64,000 nucleotides of DNA from Pirellulales bacterium (GCA_019694435.1 JAIBBZ010000001.1:461508-525507), one strand, 5' to 3'; counted from the stretch's first letter, positions 1 through 10,770 are shown. A program made the numbers and translations. The notes: generated by a model not told the origin, from the sequence alone.

Positions 1-1
1 T

Positions 2-454
2 CTCTGGGTCAACGGCACCAACGATTTCGCCTACCCGCTCGACAGCTATCAGAAGTCGTATCGCCTGACGCCCGCCACGCGCCAGTTGTGCGTCCGCGTG
101 CGCATGCCGCACAGCCATCCCGACGGTTGGGCGCCTGCCGAGATCGGGCTGTTTGTCGATAGCGTGCTCACGGGCGGCGCGCCGCTGCCGCGCGTGGGCG
201 AGATGATCGTCCGCGAGGGGCGCGCCACAGCCGCGGTCGTGAGCACCGTGCCGCTCAAGCTGGCCGAGCTGCATTACACGACCGACGCGGGCCCCTGGCA
301 GATGCGCAACTGGCAAAGCCAGCCCGCTGCGCTGCGCGACGGTCAGATCGAAGCCGAATTACCGCCGGCCCGCCCGCTGGTGTGCTACCTGAGCGTCACC
401 GACGAGCGCGGGGCGCTGGTGAGCGCCGAACATGTGGTACTCGAGGCCCCCTAA
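2..454 (+). CDS. C-terminal fragment of a hypothetical protein (gene begins upstream of the window)
   Basis: Frame 2 is open from the window edge (LWVNGTNDFAYPLDSYQKSY...), continues into the listed 86..454 ORF and ends at TAA 452-454. I cannot name a family motif with confidence. Confidence 0.55.
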   Translation, partial: LWVNGTNDFAYPLDSYQKSYRLTPATRQLCVRVRMPHSHPDGWAPAEIGLFVDSVLTGGAPLPRVGEMIVREGRATAAVVSTVPLKLAELHYTTDAGPWQMRNWQSQPAALRDGQIEAELPPARPLVCYLSVTDERGALVSAEHVVLEAP

Positions 455-680
455 CCGCTTCCGGCGCCTTCGACAGTTCTCGGACCAAGCCAGACCGCGG
501 CGTAGCTGAAAACAGCTCCAGAGGCGCGGCCGAGCAACGTGCCGGCCGGTTTTTCGCTTTGGCGCTTGGCCCGGCTACAATGGAAGCTTGGCCCGGGCCG
601 GTCCTTGGGGCATGCTCGGGCTCCCGCCTGATCGATCCTGCCCTGCCCCTTCGCCCGGACGGTCGCCGAGGTTGCGTCAC

Positions 681-3197
681 ATGGCGAAAACGCTGCTGCC
701 GCTGGCCCTCTTGCCGTTCGTGCTGTGGTCCTGCACGGGCACGGCCCTGGCGGACGACGCGCTCGATCTGTCGAAGCTGCCGCCGGCGGCGACCGTGGCG
801 GTCGATTTTACCCGCGACATCCAGCCGCTGTTGGCGGCCCGGTGTTACGAATGCCATGGGCCCAACACGCGCGAGTCGGGCCTGCGGCTCGACGATCGCA
901 CCGCCGCACTCGACGGCGGCGATCAGGGGCGCGACATCCTGCCCGGCAAGAGTGCCGAGAGCCGCTTGATTCATCTCGTGTCGGGGCTCGTGGCCGACTC
1001 GATGATGCCGCCCGAGGGCGAACCGCTGACAGCGGTCGAAGTCGGCCTGCTGCGAGCCTGGATTGATGCGGGCGCGCCGTGGAACGCCGACGCCAACGCG
1101 GCGACCGACGAGCAGCCGAAGCATTGGGCCTATGTCGCGCCGGTGCGCCCGTCGCTGCCGGCGGTGCAAGACCTGAGCTGGCCGCGCGGCGAGCTCGACT
1201 ACTTTGTGCTGGCGCGGATCGAGGCCGCCGGATTGAAGCCCTCGCCCCCGGCGCCGCGCGCGAGCTGGCTGCGCCGGGCGAGCCTCGACTTGATCGGCCT
1301 GCCGCCGACGCTCGAAGAGCTCGACACGTTTCTGGCCGACGAGTCGCCGCAGGCCTTCGAGCATGCGGTCGATCGGCTGCTCGCCTCGCCGCATTACGGC
1401 GAACGCTGGGCGCGCCACTGGCTCGACCTGGCCCGGTATGCCGACACCCAGGGCTACGAAAAGGACAATCGCCGGGTGATCTGGCCGTATCGCGATTGGG
1501 TGATCCGTGCGCTGAACCGCGACCTGCCGTTCGACGAGTTCACGATCGAGCAACTGGCCGGCGACTTGCTGCCCGAGGCGACGGTCGACCAGCGCGTCGC
1601 CACGGGGTTCCATCGCAACACGATGTGCAACACCGAAGGCGGCACCGACAACGAGGAATTTCGCAACGCGGCCGTGGTCGATCGGGTGAACACGACGTTC
1701 GCCGTCTGGCTCGGCACGACGTTCAACTGCTGCCAGTGCCATTCGCACAAGTACGACCCGTTCACGCAGCGCGAGTATTACCAGTTCTTCGCCTTCCTGA
1801 ACAACACGGCCGACGCCGACACGGACGACGACGCCCCCAGGCTGCCGGTGCCGACGCCGGAAGAAGAACAAGCCCTGGCCGCGCATCAGGCCGCCGTGGC
1901 CCAACTCGAAGCGCAGCTTCAGGCCGTACCGGCCGAGCTGACCGGCGGCGACATGGCGCAACTTCCCGAGTCGATTCGCGCGATCGCCGCGGTGCCGGTC
2001 GACCAGCGCACGCCCGAGCAACGGGCCGAGCTGGCCAAGTTCAACACGGAGCGCGACCCCGCCTTGGCCCGCGCCGCCGAAGAGCTCGACAAGTTGCAAA
2101 AGAATCCGCCAGCCGTCACCTCGACGCCCGTCTATGAAGAGCTGGCCGAACCGCGCACGACGCGGATTCAATTGCGCGGCAATTTCCTCGACCCCAGCGA
2201 CGAGGTGAGCGCCGGCGTGCCGGCCGTGTTGCATGCGCTCCCCGAGGATGCGCCGAAAAACCGCCTGACGATGGCTCACTGGCTCGTCGATCCGCGCAAT
2301 CCCTTGGTCGCGCGGGTCCTCGTGAACCGGCTCTGGGAGCAGTATTTCGGCCGGGGCATCGTCGAAACGTGCGAGGATTTCGGCACGCAGGGCGACCGGC
2401 CCACGAATCCCGAGCTGCTCGACTGGCTGGCCACCGAGCTGGTGCGGTTGGATTGGAGTCTGAAGGCGATGCATCGCACGATCGTGCTTTCGGCCACGTA
2501 TCGTCAATCGTCGCACGTCGCGCCCGAACTGGCGGCGCACGACCCGGACAACCGCCTGCTGGCCCGGGGTCCGCGGCTCCGGCTCGAGGCCGAAATGGTC
2601 CGCGATCAGGCGCTGGCGGCCAGCGGGCTGTTGAGCGCGAAGATGTATGGCCCCAGTGTGATGCCGCCGCAGCCAGACGGCGTGTGGCAGGTGGTCTACA
2701 GCGGCGACACCTGGAACACCAGCGCCGGCGAAGACCGCTATCGCCGCGGCATCTACACGTTCTGGCGCCGCACGTCGCCGCACCCGATGATGACCACCTT
2801 CGACGCCCCGAGCCGCGAGGTGTGCGTCGTGCGGCGGTCGCGCTCGAACACGCCGCTGCAAGCCCTGGTCACGCTCAACGATCCGGTGTTCGTCGAAGCG
2901 GCACAGGCCCTGGCGCGGCGCATGCTGCTGGAGTCCGGGGCTTCGCCGGCAGAGCGGATCGAACGCGGCTTCCGGTTGTGCGTCGCGCGGCGGCCCGAGG
3001 CCGACGAGACGGCACGGCTCGTGGCGCTGGTTGAGTCCGAACTGGCCGCCTATCGCCAGGACCCAGAGGCTGCCGCCCGTATGGCAACCGAACCGCTGGG
3101 GCCTGTGCCCACGGGTTTGGACACGGCCGAGCTGGCCGCGTGGACCGTCGTGGCCAATGTGCTGTTGAACCTGGATGAGACACTGACCAAGGGTTGA
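681..3197 (+). CDS. PSCyt1 / DUF1549 (PSCyt2) / DUF1553 (PSD1) domain protein, secreted
   Basis: Signal peptide [24 protein letters not shown] starts at ATG 681, internal to the listed 588 ORF. It has the [17 protein letters not shown] heme-c-like PSCyt1 motif and the DUF1549-type [27 protein letters not shown]. The long C-terminal region ending in [11 protein letters not shown] is DUF1553-like. Confidence 0.9.
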   Translation: MAKTLLPLALLPFVLWSCTGTALADDALDLSKLPPAATVAVDFTRDIQPLLAARCYECHGPNTRESGLRLDDRTAALDGGDQGRDILPGKSAESRLIHLVSGLVADSMMPPEGEPLTAVEVGLLRAWIDAGAPWNADANAATDEQPKHWAYVAPVRPSLPAVQDLSWPRGELDYFVLARIEAAGLKPSPPAPRASWLRRASLDLIGLPPTLEELDTFLADESPQAFEHAVDRLLASPHYGERWARHWLDLARYADTQGYEKDNRRVIWPYRDWVIRALNRDLPFDEFTIEQLAGDLLPEATVDQRVATGFHRNTMCNTEGGTDNEEFRNAAVVDRVNTTFAVWLGTTFNCCQCHSHKYDPFTQREYYQFFAFLNNTADADTDDDAPRLPVPTPEEEQALAAHQAAVAQLEAQLQAVPAELTGGDMAQLPESIRAIAAVPVDQRTPEQRAELAKFNTERDPALARAAEELDKLQKNPPAVTSTPVYEELAEPRTTRIQLRGNFLDPSDEVSAGVPAVLHALPEDAPKNRLTMAHWLVDPRNPLVARVLVNRLWEQYFGRGIVETCEDFGTQGDRPTNPELLDWLATELVRLDWSLKAMHRTIVLSATYRQSSHVAPELAAHDPDNRLLARGPRLRLEAEMVRDQALAASGLLSAKMYGPSVMPPQPDGVWQVVYSGDTWNTSAGEDRYRRGIYTFWRRTSPHPMMTTFDAPSREVCVVRRSRSNTPLQALVTLNDPVFVEAAQALARRMLLESGASPAERIERGFRLCVARRPEADETARLVALVESELAAYRQDPEAAARMATEPLGPVPTGLDTAELAAWTVVANVLLNLDETLTKG

Positions 3198-3227
3198 TGC
3201 GCACAGGGCGCTACAGGAACTTCGGCC

Positions 3228-4697
3228 ATGAACCCCATCGCGCGCGAGTCGCTGCTGAACATTACCCGCCGGCATTTCTTTCGCGATTGCCGGCTGGGCG
3301 TCGGCAAGGTCGCCCTGGCCTCGCTGCTCGGCGAGGAGCTGCTGACCCGGGCCACGGCCGCCACGCCGCAGGCGACGACGGGCACGCACCCACTCGCGCC
3401 GCGCGTGGGCCACTATGCGGCGAAGGCCAAGCGGGTCGTTTACCTGCACATGGCCGGTTCGCCATCGCAGTTGGACCTGTTCGATTACAAACCCAAGCTG
3501 ATCGAGCTCAACGGCCAGCCCTGCCCCGACGAGCTCTTGAAGAACGAGCGGTTCGCCTTCATCAAGGGACATCCCAAGATGCTCGGCACGCCGCACACGT
3601 TCACGCGCCACGGCGCGTGCGGCACCGAGATCTCGAGCATGCTGCCGCATATCGCCTCAGTGGCCGACGACCTGGCCGTGGTCCGCTCGATGTACACCGA
3701 CCAGTTCAACCACGCGCCGGCGCAACTGCTCCTGCACACCGGCAGCCCGCGCCCCGGGCGGCCCGGCATGGGCGCCTGGGCCACGTATGGGTTGGGGACC
3801 GAAAACAGCGACCTGCCGGGCTTCTCCGTGCTCGTCTCGGGCAAGACGCCCGACGGCGGCGCGTCGCTCTGGGGCAGCGGGTTCTTGCCGAGCGTTTACC
3901 AGGGCGTGCAACTGCGCTCGCAGGGCGATCCGGTGCTGTACGTGTCGAACCCGCGGGGCATGGACGCCGCCGGCCGGCGCCGCTCGCTCGACGCCTTGGC
4001 CGACCTGAACCGCCGGCAACTGGCCGCGATCGGCGACCCGGAAACGCTGACCCGCATCGAGCAGTTCGAGCTGGCCTATCGCATGCAGACCTCGGTACCG
4101 GAGCTGATGCGGATCGACGACGAGCCGGCCTGGGTCCACGAGCTGTACGGCACTGAGCCGGGCAAGATTTCTTTCAACAACAACTGCCTGCTCGCGCGCC
4201 GGCTGCTGGAGCGCGGCGTGCGGTTCGTGAACCTCTACCACTGGGGCTGGGACAGCCACGGCACGAGCAAGGACAACGACCTGATCGACGGGCTGCCCAA
4301 CATTTGCGGCCAGACCGATCGCGGCAGCGCGGCCCTGGTCAAAGACCTCAAGCAGCGCGGCTTGCTCGACGATACGCTTGTCGTCTGGAGCGGCGAGTTC
4401 GGCCGCACGCCGATGAACGAAGAGCGCAACGGCTCGAAGCTCTTGGGCCGCGACCATCACCCGCACGCGTTCTCGCTCTGGCTGGCCGGCGGGGGCATCC
4501 GCCCGGGCATCACCTATGGCGCGACCGACGAGCTGGGATATCGCGCCGTCGAGAACCGCGTCGGCGTGCACGACTTGCAGGCCACGATCCTGCATCTGCT
4601 GGGCTTCGACCACAAGCGGCTGACCTTCAAGTTCCAGGGCCGCGAATATCGGCTGACCGATATCGCCGGCGAGCTGGTGCCGGGCCTGCTGGCCTGA
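3228..4697 (+). CDS. DUF1501 domain protein (sulfatase-like fold, TAT signal)
   Basis: Twin-arginine leader ITRRHFFRDCRLGVGKVALASLLG. DUF1501-type motifs are HMAGSPSQLDLFDYKP, GWDSHG, SGEFGRTP and GRDHHPHAFSLWLAGGG. It starts 30 nt after the PSCyt/DUF1553 gene. Confidence 0.9.
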   Translation: MNPIARESLLNITRRHFFRDCRLGVGKVALASLLGEELLTRATAATPQATTGTHPLAPRVGHYAAKAKRVVYLHMAGSPSQLDLFDYKPKLIELNGQPCPDELLKNERFAFIKGHPKMLGTPHTFTRHGACGTEISSMLPHIASVADDLAVVRSMYTDQFNHAPAQLLLHTGSPRPGRPGMGAWATYGLGTENSDLPGFSVLVSGKTPDGGASLWGSGFLPSVYQGVQLRSQGDPVLYVSNPRGMDAAGRRRSLDALADLNRRQLAAIGDPETLTRIEQFELAYRMQTSVPELMRIDDEPAWVHELYGTEPGKISFNNNCLLARRLLERGVRFVNLYHWGWDSHGTSKDNDLIDGLPNICGQTDRGSAALVKDLKQRGLLDDTLVVWSGEFGRTPMNEERNGSKLLGRDHHPHAFSLWLAGGGIRPGITYGATDELGYRAVENRVGVHDLQATILHLLGFDHKRLTFKFQGREYRLTDIAGELVPGLLA

Positions 4698-4707
4698 GCG
4701 GCTCGGG

Positions 4708-4733
4708 CCGCGGAAAAACGCACCGGTCCGCGG
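4708..4733 (+). terminator. Weak GC hairpin after the DUF1501 gene (possible terminator)
   Basis: CCGCGGA (4708-4714) and TCCGCGG (4727-4733) form a 7-bp inverted repeat with a 12-nt loop, 11 nt after the stop. No T-tract follows. Confidence 0.2.
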
Positions 4734-4911
4734 ATCTTGGCCACCACCCTCGGGCCAATCGCCGGGCGCGAAGCGCCGCCCGCGCGCGGGATCGATGCTT
4801 GACCGCATGCGCCGCGCGGCACCGTGCGTGTGCAACTTGCCGCGACGTGCCGTATCATCACGCGCTTGCCGGGGGCGCAATCTTTCCTCGTTGCTGCAGG
4901 CGGATCGATCG

Positions 4912-7335
4912 ATGGGCATGCGTTTGCTGAAGGTGCTGGGCGCGTTGCTGTTGGTGCTCGTGCTCGTGATGGCGGGCACCGCCTACTGGGGCTATCGCCA
5001 GATCGCCGGCAGCCTGCCCGAGCTCGACGGCGAGCTGCCGGCCAAGGGGCTCGTGGCGCAGGCAACCATCGAGCGCGACGAGCTCGGGGTGCCGACCATC
5101 CAGGCCAAGAGCCGCCGCGACCTGGCCTATGCTCTCGGCTATACCCACGCGCAGGACCGCTTCTTCCAGATGGACCTGCTGCGGCGCAACTCGGCTGGCG
5201 AGCTGTCCGAGTTGGTCGGCAAGGCCGCGCTCGACCACGATCGGCAGACGCGCGTCCACCGGTTTCGTGCCCGGGGCAAGCGCGTGCTCGACGCCGGCAA
5301 CGATCAGCAACGCGAGCTGGTGCTGGCCTACACCGATGGCGTCAACGCCGGCCTCGAGGCGCTCGGTCAACCGCCGTTCGAATACGTCATGTTGGGCGCC
5401 GCTCCGGCCCCGTGGCGGCCCGAGGATTCGTCGCTGGTGCTCTACTCGATGTACCTCGACCTGCAATGGGACGATTTCGACCACGAGTGCAAGATCGGCG
5501 TGATGCGCGAGGCCTACCCGCCGGCGATGTTCGACTTCCTGCTGGCGGCCGGCTCGGAATGGGACGCCCCGATCGATGGCGACGACTTCACGCTGCCGCC
5601 GACGCCGGGTCCCGAGGTCATCAACCTGCGTAACCCGCCCGGCGCGCAGCCCGCCGCGGCGCCGGTGGGCGAGGCGGCGCCCTCGATCGACCACCTGCAA
5701 GACACCTGCAGCCTGATGCGCGGGAGCAACTGCTGGGCCGTCGCCGGCAAGCACACCAAGCACGGCGGGGCGCTGTTGGCCGACGACATGCACCTGGGCA
5801 TTCGCGTGCCCAACATCTGGTACCGCGCACAATTCCAGTGGACCGACGAGGCCGGCGATCACGCGATCACCGGCGTGACCTTGCCCGGCACGCCGGCCAT
5901 GGTCGTCGGCTCGAACGGCCAGATCGCCTGGGGTTTTACCAACAGCGAGGGCGACTGGCTCGACGTGGTGCTGCTCGACACTCCGGCCGACAATCCCGAC
6001 GCGTATCAAACGCCCGACGGGCCCCAACCGTTCGAAAAGCACGCGGAACAAATCCTGGTGAAAGACGCCCCGGCCGAAACGCTCGAAGTCCGCGAAACGA
6101 TCTGGGGTCCCGTGATCAACCGTTCGCCGGCCGGGCAAGATCGCGTGGCGCGGTGGGTGGCGCACGACACCGAAGGTGTCAATCTCGGGTTGATCGCGCT
6201 GGAAAGCTGCACGGAACTGGAACGCGCCCTGGAGCTGGCCAACCTGGCCGGTTCGCCGGCGCAGAACTTCGTCGTGGCCGACAAGCAGGGCCGCATCGCG
6301 TGGACCATCCTCGGCCGCATTCCGCGCCGTCCCGATTTCGACGGCCGGCTGCCGGCCTCGTGGACCGACGGCCAACGCGCCTGGCAGGGCTATCTCGAAC
6401 CGGGCGAGTATCCGCGCGTCGTCGATCCGCCGACGGGCCGCATCTGGACCGCCAATGCCCGCGTGGCCAATCCCGAGATGCTCAAGATCGTGCGCGACGG
6501 CGGCTACGACCTGGGCGCGCGGCAAAGCCAGATTCGCGACGACTTGCTGGCGCTCGAACAAGCGTCCGAGGCCGACATGCTCGCCATCCAGCTCGACGAT
6601 CGCGCGGTGCTCCTGGAGCGCTGGCAGAAGCTGCTGCTCGACACGCTCGACGAAGCGGCTACGAAAGACCAACCCCAACGGACCGAGGCCCGCGCGCTGG
6701 TCGAACAGTGGGGAGCGCGCGCGGCGATCGACTCGGTGGGCTTTCGCATCGTGCGCAACTTCCGCCTCAAGACGGTCGACCTGGTCGGCCACATGCTGGC
6801 GGCCCCTTGCCGGCAGCAGGACCCGAGCTTTCGGATGCCGTCGGCGAATCGACTCGAGCCGCCCGTCTGGCGGCTGGTCACCGAGCGGCCCGAGCATTTG
6901 CTCGATGCGAAATACGCCGACTGGCAAGCCCTGCTCCTCGAATCGCTCGATGCTGTGCTGGCCGAGTTGACCGCCGACGGCCAGCCGTTGGCGCAGAACA
7001 CCTGGGGCGAGGCCAACACCGCGCAGATCCGCCACCCGATCGCCGAAGCCGTGCCGCAACTGGCCGACTGGTTGAACATGCCGGCCGAGCCCCTGGCCGG
7101 CGACACGGTGAACATGCCGCGCATTCAGCGGCCCAGCAGCGGCGCCTCGGAGCGGCTGTGCGTGTCGCCGGGGCGCGAGGCCGAGGGCTATTTTCACATG
7201 CCCTGCGGCCAAAGTGGCCACCCGCTTTCGCCGCACTACCGCGACGGACATGCGGCCTGGACCGAGGGTCGCCAGACGCCGTTTTTGCCCGGTAAGGCCG
7301 TCCACCGGCTGGTGCTCTCGCCGGCCGGAGGGTGA
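4912..7335 (+). CDS. Penicillin/AHL acylase family protein (Ntn hydrolase), N-terminal membrane anchor
   Basis: N-terminal TM segment MGMRLLKVLGALLLVLVLVMAG from ATG 4912. The autoprocessing and nucleophile site is MRGSNCWAVAGKHTKHGGALLADDMHL. Family-typical HMPCGQSGHPLSPHY lies near the C-terminus. Confidence 0.9.
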   Translation: MGMRLLKVLGALLLVLVLVMAGTAYWGYRQIAGSLPELDGELPAKGLVAQATIERDELGVPTIQAKSRRDLAYALGYTHAQDRFFQMDLLRRNSAGELSELVGKAALDHDRQTRVHRFRARGKRVLDAGNDQQRELVLAYTDGVNAGLEALGQPPFEYVMLGAAPAPWRPEDSSLVLYSMYLDLQWDDFDHECKIGVMREAYPPAMFDFLLAAGSEWDAPIDGDDFTLPPTPGPEVINLRNPPGAQPAAAPVGEAAPSIDHLQDTCSLMRGSNCWAVAGKHTKHGGALLADDMHLGIRVPNIWYRAQFQWTDEAGDHAITGVTLPGTPAMVVGSNGQIAWGFTNSEGDWLDVVLLDTPADNPDAYQTPDGPQPFEKHAEQILVKDAPAETLEVRETIWGPVINRSPAGQDRVARWVAHDTEGVNLGLIALESCTELERALELANLAGSPAQNFVVADKQGRIAWTILGRIPRRPDFDGRLPASWTDGQRAWQGYLEPGEYPRVVDPPTGRIWTANARVANPEMLKIVRDGGYDLGARQSQIRDDLLALEQASEADMLAIQLDDRAVLLERWQKLLLDTLDEAATKDQPQRTEARALVEQWGARAAIDSVGFRIVRNFRLKTVDLVGHMLAAPCRQQDPSFRMPSANRLEPPVWRLVTERPEHLLDAKYADWQALLLESLDAVLAELTADGQPLAQNTWGEANTAQIRHPIAEAVPQLADWLNMPAEPLAGDTVNMPRIQRPSSGASERLCVSPGREAEGYFHMPCGQSGHPLSPHYRDGHAAWTEGRQTPFLPGKAVHRLVLSPAGG

Positions 7336-7420
7336 GCCGGACGGCCCCGTCGCCCCCCGGCGACGCGCCCGCGGCTAGAATGCCAGCGGTAGATTCCTTC
7401 CTGGTGGGTCTGGCCCCGCG

Positions 7421-9349
7421 ATGCGTTCCCTCCGCAGCAGCCGGCTGCGCTATCTCGAATATCGTCGCCGCTTGATCGAGCGGCGACGCGCCGGCGAGTT
7501 CAAGGTCTCGGCCCCGGCCCACAGCACGCGCGCGGCTTCGCATCCGCGCCATCGCTCGGCCCGCGAGCTGCTGCGCGAATTCTGGCGGTTGGCCGCCGGC
7601 AAGCGCGTGGCCATCGGTTTCGCGCTGGCCACGGTCACCGTGTCGACGCTCGTCAAGCTGGCCCCGCCCGCGGCGACCAAGGTGGTGGTCGACAACGTCC
7701 TGGGCACCGCACCGCTGCCGCCCGTCGTGGCGGCGTGGTGGCCGGAAGCGTGGGGCCGGCTGTGGCTGTTGGCCGCCATCGGCGCGATCGTGCTCGTGCT
7801 GTCGTTGCTCGACGTGGGACTGCACCTCTGGGGCCGCTGGTACGCGACCTTGGCCACGCGGCGGATGCAGCTCGATCTGCGGCGGCGCGTGTTTGCCCAC
7901 GCCGTGCGGCTGCCGCTCGATCGCGTGCATGCCCTGCGCTCGGGTGGCGTCACCAGCGTGCTCCGCGAGGACGCCGGCGGCGTGGCCGAGCTGGTCTTCA
8001 GCATGATCTACAACCCCTGGCGCGCGATCGTCCAGTTGATCGGCAGCCTGGCGATTCTGACCGTCGTCGATTGGCGCCTGCTGCTCGGGTCGCTGGCGCT
8101 GATCCCAGCCGTGTATCTCACGCACCGCACCTGGATCGTGCGCATCCGTCCGCTCTACCGTGACATCCGCAAGCAGCGCGAAGACGTCGATGCCCACACG
8201 ACCGAAGCCTTTGGCGGCATGCGCGTCGTTAGGGCCTTCGGCCGGCAGCGCGCCGAGACGGGCCGCTTTATGCGCGGCAATCACCTGATGACGCGCCAGG
8301 AGCTGACCGCCTGGTGGTGGGCTCGGTGCGTCGAACTCGTCTGGGAACTACTGCTGCCGACCGCCACGGCGGGACTGTTGCTCTACGGCGGCTGGCAGGT
8401 CATGCAAGGCGTGCTCTCGCTGGGCGATTTGACGATGTTCATGGCCTACCTGGCCATGCTCCTGGGGCCCCTGGCCGTGCTGGCGACGACGGCCACGCAG
8501 TTGCAGAACAATCTGGCCGGCCTGGAGCGCGTGCTCGACCTGCTCGAGGAGCCGCCGGAAATGCCGCCCTTGCCCGGCGCGGTCGCCGTGCGCCGCGACG
8601 AAGTCCGGGGACGGATCACGCTCTGCGACGTGTCGTTCCAGTACCCGCGCTCCGAGCGGCAGGTCTTGCGCGACGTGAACCTCGACATCGCGCCCGGCCA
8701 GACGATCGCGCTGGTGGGCCCCAGCGGCTCGGGCAAGACGACGCTCTGCAACCTGGTGGCGCGGTTCTACGATCCGACGACCGGATCGATCCAACTCGAT
8801 GGCCGCGACCTGCGCGAGATCGACGTCGAGAGCTATCGCAACCTGCTGGGAATCGTCGAACAGGACGTGTTCCTGTTCGACGGCACCGTGGCCGAGAATA
8901 TCGCCTATGCCCGCCGGCACACGCCGCGCGAGCTCGTCGAGCACGCGGCCCAGGTGGCCAACGCGCACGATTTCATCGAGGCCCTCGACCACGGCTACGA
9001 CACCGTGATCGGCGAACGCGGCGTGCGGCTCTCGGGTGGTCAGCGGCAGCGGCTGGCGATTGCCCGCGCCGTGCTGGCCAATCCCCGAATCCTGATTCTC
9101 GACGAGGCCACGAGCAATCTCGACACCGAAAGCGAGCGGCTGATCCAGGACAGCCTGCGCTCGCTGATGCGCGGCCGCACGTGTCTGGTCATCGCGCACC
9201 GGTTGAGCACGATTACGCACGCCCATCGTATCGTGGTCATCGAAAACGGCGAGATCCTCGAAGTCGGCCGCCACGAAGAACTGATGGCCGGCGACGGGCG
9301 TTATCGACGCATGGTCGAACTGCAGATGGGCACCACGAGCGCCGTGTAG
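7421..9349 (+). CDS. ABC exporter, fused permease/ATPase (MsbA/type I exporter-like)
   Basis: TM-rich N-terminal half. Walker A is GPSGSGKTT, the ABC signature is LSGGQRQRLAIARA and Walker B is ILILDEAT. Confidence 0.9.
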   Translation: MRSLRSSRLRYLEYRRRLIERRRAGEFKVSAPAHSTRAASHPRHRSARELLREFWRLAAGKRVAIGFALATVTVSTLVKLAPPAATKVVVDNVLGTAPLPPVVAAWWPEAWGRLWLLAAIGAIVLVLSLLDVGLHLWGRWYATLATRRMQLDLRRRVFAHAVRLPLDRVHALRSGGVTSVLREDAGGVAELVFSMIYNPWRAIVQLIGSLAILTVVDWRLLLGSLALIPAVYLTHRTWIVRIRPLYRDIRKQREDVDAHTTEAFGGMRVVRAFGRQRAETGRFMRGNHLMTRQELTAWWWARCVELVWELLLPTATAGLLLYGGWQVMQGVLSLGDLTMFMAYLAMLLGPLAVLATTATQLQNNLAGLERVLDLLEEPPEMPPLPGAVAVRRDEVRGRITLCDVSFQYPRSERQVLRDVNLDIAPGQTIALVGPSGSGKTTLCNLVARFYDPTTGSIQLDGRDLREIDVESYRNLLGIVEQDVFLFDGTVAENIAYARRHTPRELVEHAAQVANAHDFIEALDHGYDTVIGERGVRLSGGQRQRLAIARAVLANPRILILDEATSNLDTESERLIQDSLRSLMRGRTCLVIAHRLSTITHAHRIVVIENGEILEVGRHEELMAGDGRYRRMVELQMGTTSAV

Positions 9350-9353
9350 CGGT

Positions 9354-10685
9354 TCATGAGCCTGCGGGCTTCGGGCCCTGGCCCGGCTGCGCAGCTTGCG
9401 CCTCGGGCCAATGCGGCTGGGCCGGCAGAACGAACTCCCGCAGGGCGGCGTTGATCTCGGCCTCTCCCCAGAGCAAACGGGCGTCGCGCCGGGTACTGAA
9501 TCGGCCCGCGCGGCCTTCGGCCAGGACTTGCAGCGGATGGCGCAGTCGCGACCGTCGGGCCACGGCCAAAGTCACGGCCAACTGCGTGCGTCGCTGCGGA
9601 TAGAGCGGCGCACGGCGCACTTCCAGCGACCAGCGATCGAGCCGCAGACGATACCAATCCGGTTCATCAGGCTGCGCCGCCAAAAACTCTCGACACCCGG
9701 CCGGCAGCCGCGCGCGATCGTCTTCGTGGACCAGGACGGTGACGCGCTCGGCCCGAGTCGCATACAACCCCCAGGCCGGCCAGTTATCGCACCAGCCCCA
9801 CCGATCACCCAGGGGCCAGAGGATCGCCCCCAAGGTCACCAGCTCGGCAGCGTAGCCCCGCAGACGCGCCCGCGCGGTGGCCGGTTGCAGCGCGTCGAGC
9901 GGTTCGGTCTCGATGGGTTTTCGCCCGGGCCAGTACAAGATCAGCCCCTGCGTGGCGAACGACAGATTCCAGAGCAACACTCCCGGCCGATGGTCGAGGC
10001 CCCACGGCGAGAGCGCCAGGATGGTCAGGCCGTGCATGGCGCAAGCACCCCCGATGGCCCAGGTGCGCAGCCGTGGAACACAAAGCCCCGCACCGACGAG
10101 CAATTCGAACCCGGGAAGGGCGAGTGCCGCTACCCGCTCGTAACCGGCCGGCGCCAAGTCGATCGTCAGGCCCAACAGCCCGGCGAGCGCCGCGACCAGT
10201 TGTGGCCCCAAGGTGGTCGCAAAGGTCGCATCGAGCTTGGCCAGCGCGGCGTAGACATAGATGCTCGCCACGAGCAGCCGCAATAATCGCACGGCGCGCT
10301 GCGGCGCCGCCGTGGCCAACACGACCGACCAAAGCCAGGCTTGATAGATCCAGGGTTGAAACCGCTGTTGATCGTCGAGGACCAGCGCCATCAAGCCGGT
10401 CGTGCCGACGACCAGCGCGATCGCCCTGGCGGGCCCGCGCGCGACCAGCGACGCAACCAGCCCCGCGAGTGCCACGCCGATCAGCAGCCAGGCGCCCGCC
10501 GATGGCCAAGGCACGATCGGCACCCGGGGAAACTCCGTCAGCGGCGTCCACAACGGCCAGGTTGCCGCAACCAGCGCCAAGGTCCCGGCGGCCGTGGCGC
10601 GCCGCGCAAGATCGGCCCGCGCAGCGGCATTCGACGCCGGTGCGGCAAAGCGGTCCGTCAATTTGTCCCAGGCGCGTCGCAACAT
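9354..10685 (-). CDS. Polytopic membrane protein with a soluble C-terminal domain, family uncertain (possibly MauE/DoxX- or HTTM-like)
   Basis: Start taken at ATG 10685 (MLRRAWDKL), preceded by GGAGG 7 nt upstream. Several hydrophobic segments are followed by a roughly 150-aa non-hydrophobic tail. It is convergent with the ABC exporter (4-nt gap) and divergent from the MutS-like gene. Confidence 0.6.
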   Translation of the reverse strand: MLRRAWDKLTDRFAAPASNAAARADLARRATAAGTLALVAATWPLWTPLTEFPRVPIVPWPSAGAWLLIGVALAGLVASLVARGPARAIALVVGTTGLMALVLDDQQRFQPWIYQAWLWSVVLATAAPQRAVRLLRLLVASIYVYAALAKLDATFATTLGPQLVAALAGLLGLTIDLAPAGYERVAALALPGFELLVGAGLCVPRLRTWAIGGACAMHGLTILALSPWGLDHRPGVLLWNLSFATQGLILYWPGRKPIETEPLDALQPATARARLRGYAAELVTLGAILWPLGDRWGWCDNWPAWGLYATRAERVTVLVHEDDRARLPAGCREFLAAQPDEPDWYRLRLDRWSLEVRRAPLYPQRRTQLAVTLAVARRSRLRHPLQVLAEGRAGRFSTRRDARLLWGEAEINAALREFVLPAQPHWPEAQAAQPGQGPKPAGS

Positions 10686-10770
10686 CGGGGGCCTCCATTG
10701 TAGGCTTGTGGCTTCCCGTATGAGTTCCCCCCTTTTCACCAGGCCTGTGAACACGACTGCGACATCGCCG

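Noticed and set aside
588-680. N-terminal extensions implied by the ORF track. Examples are 588 for the PSCyt gene, 4795 for the acylase, 16278 for the SDR, 20903 for the GT, 20950 for PAP2, 47028 for dnaN, 45272 for gyrB, 49894 for the desulfurase and 60402 for the secreted hypothetical.
   Set aside because: In each case, family similarity or a signal peptide begins at a downstream ATG that often has a GGAG-type Shine-Dalgarno. The extra residues are Arg/Pro-rich and extend into neighbouring intergenic or genic sequence.
396-3650. 1084-aa ORF on the minus strand spanning the whole PSCyt/DUF1553 gene and part of DUF1501
   Set aside because: The translation is Arg/Gly/Ala-rich low-complexity sequence with no family motifs. 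It lies antisense to a gene with clear domain motifs. This is a typical stop-poor antisense frame of a high-GC genome.
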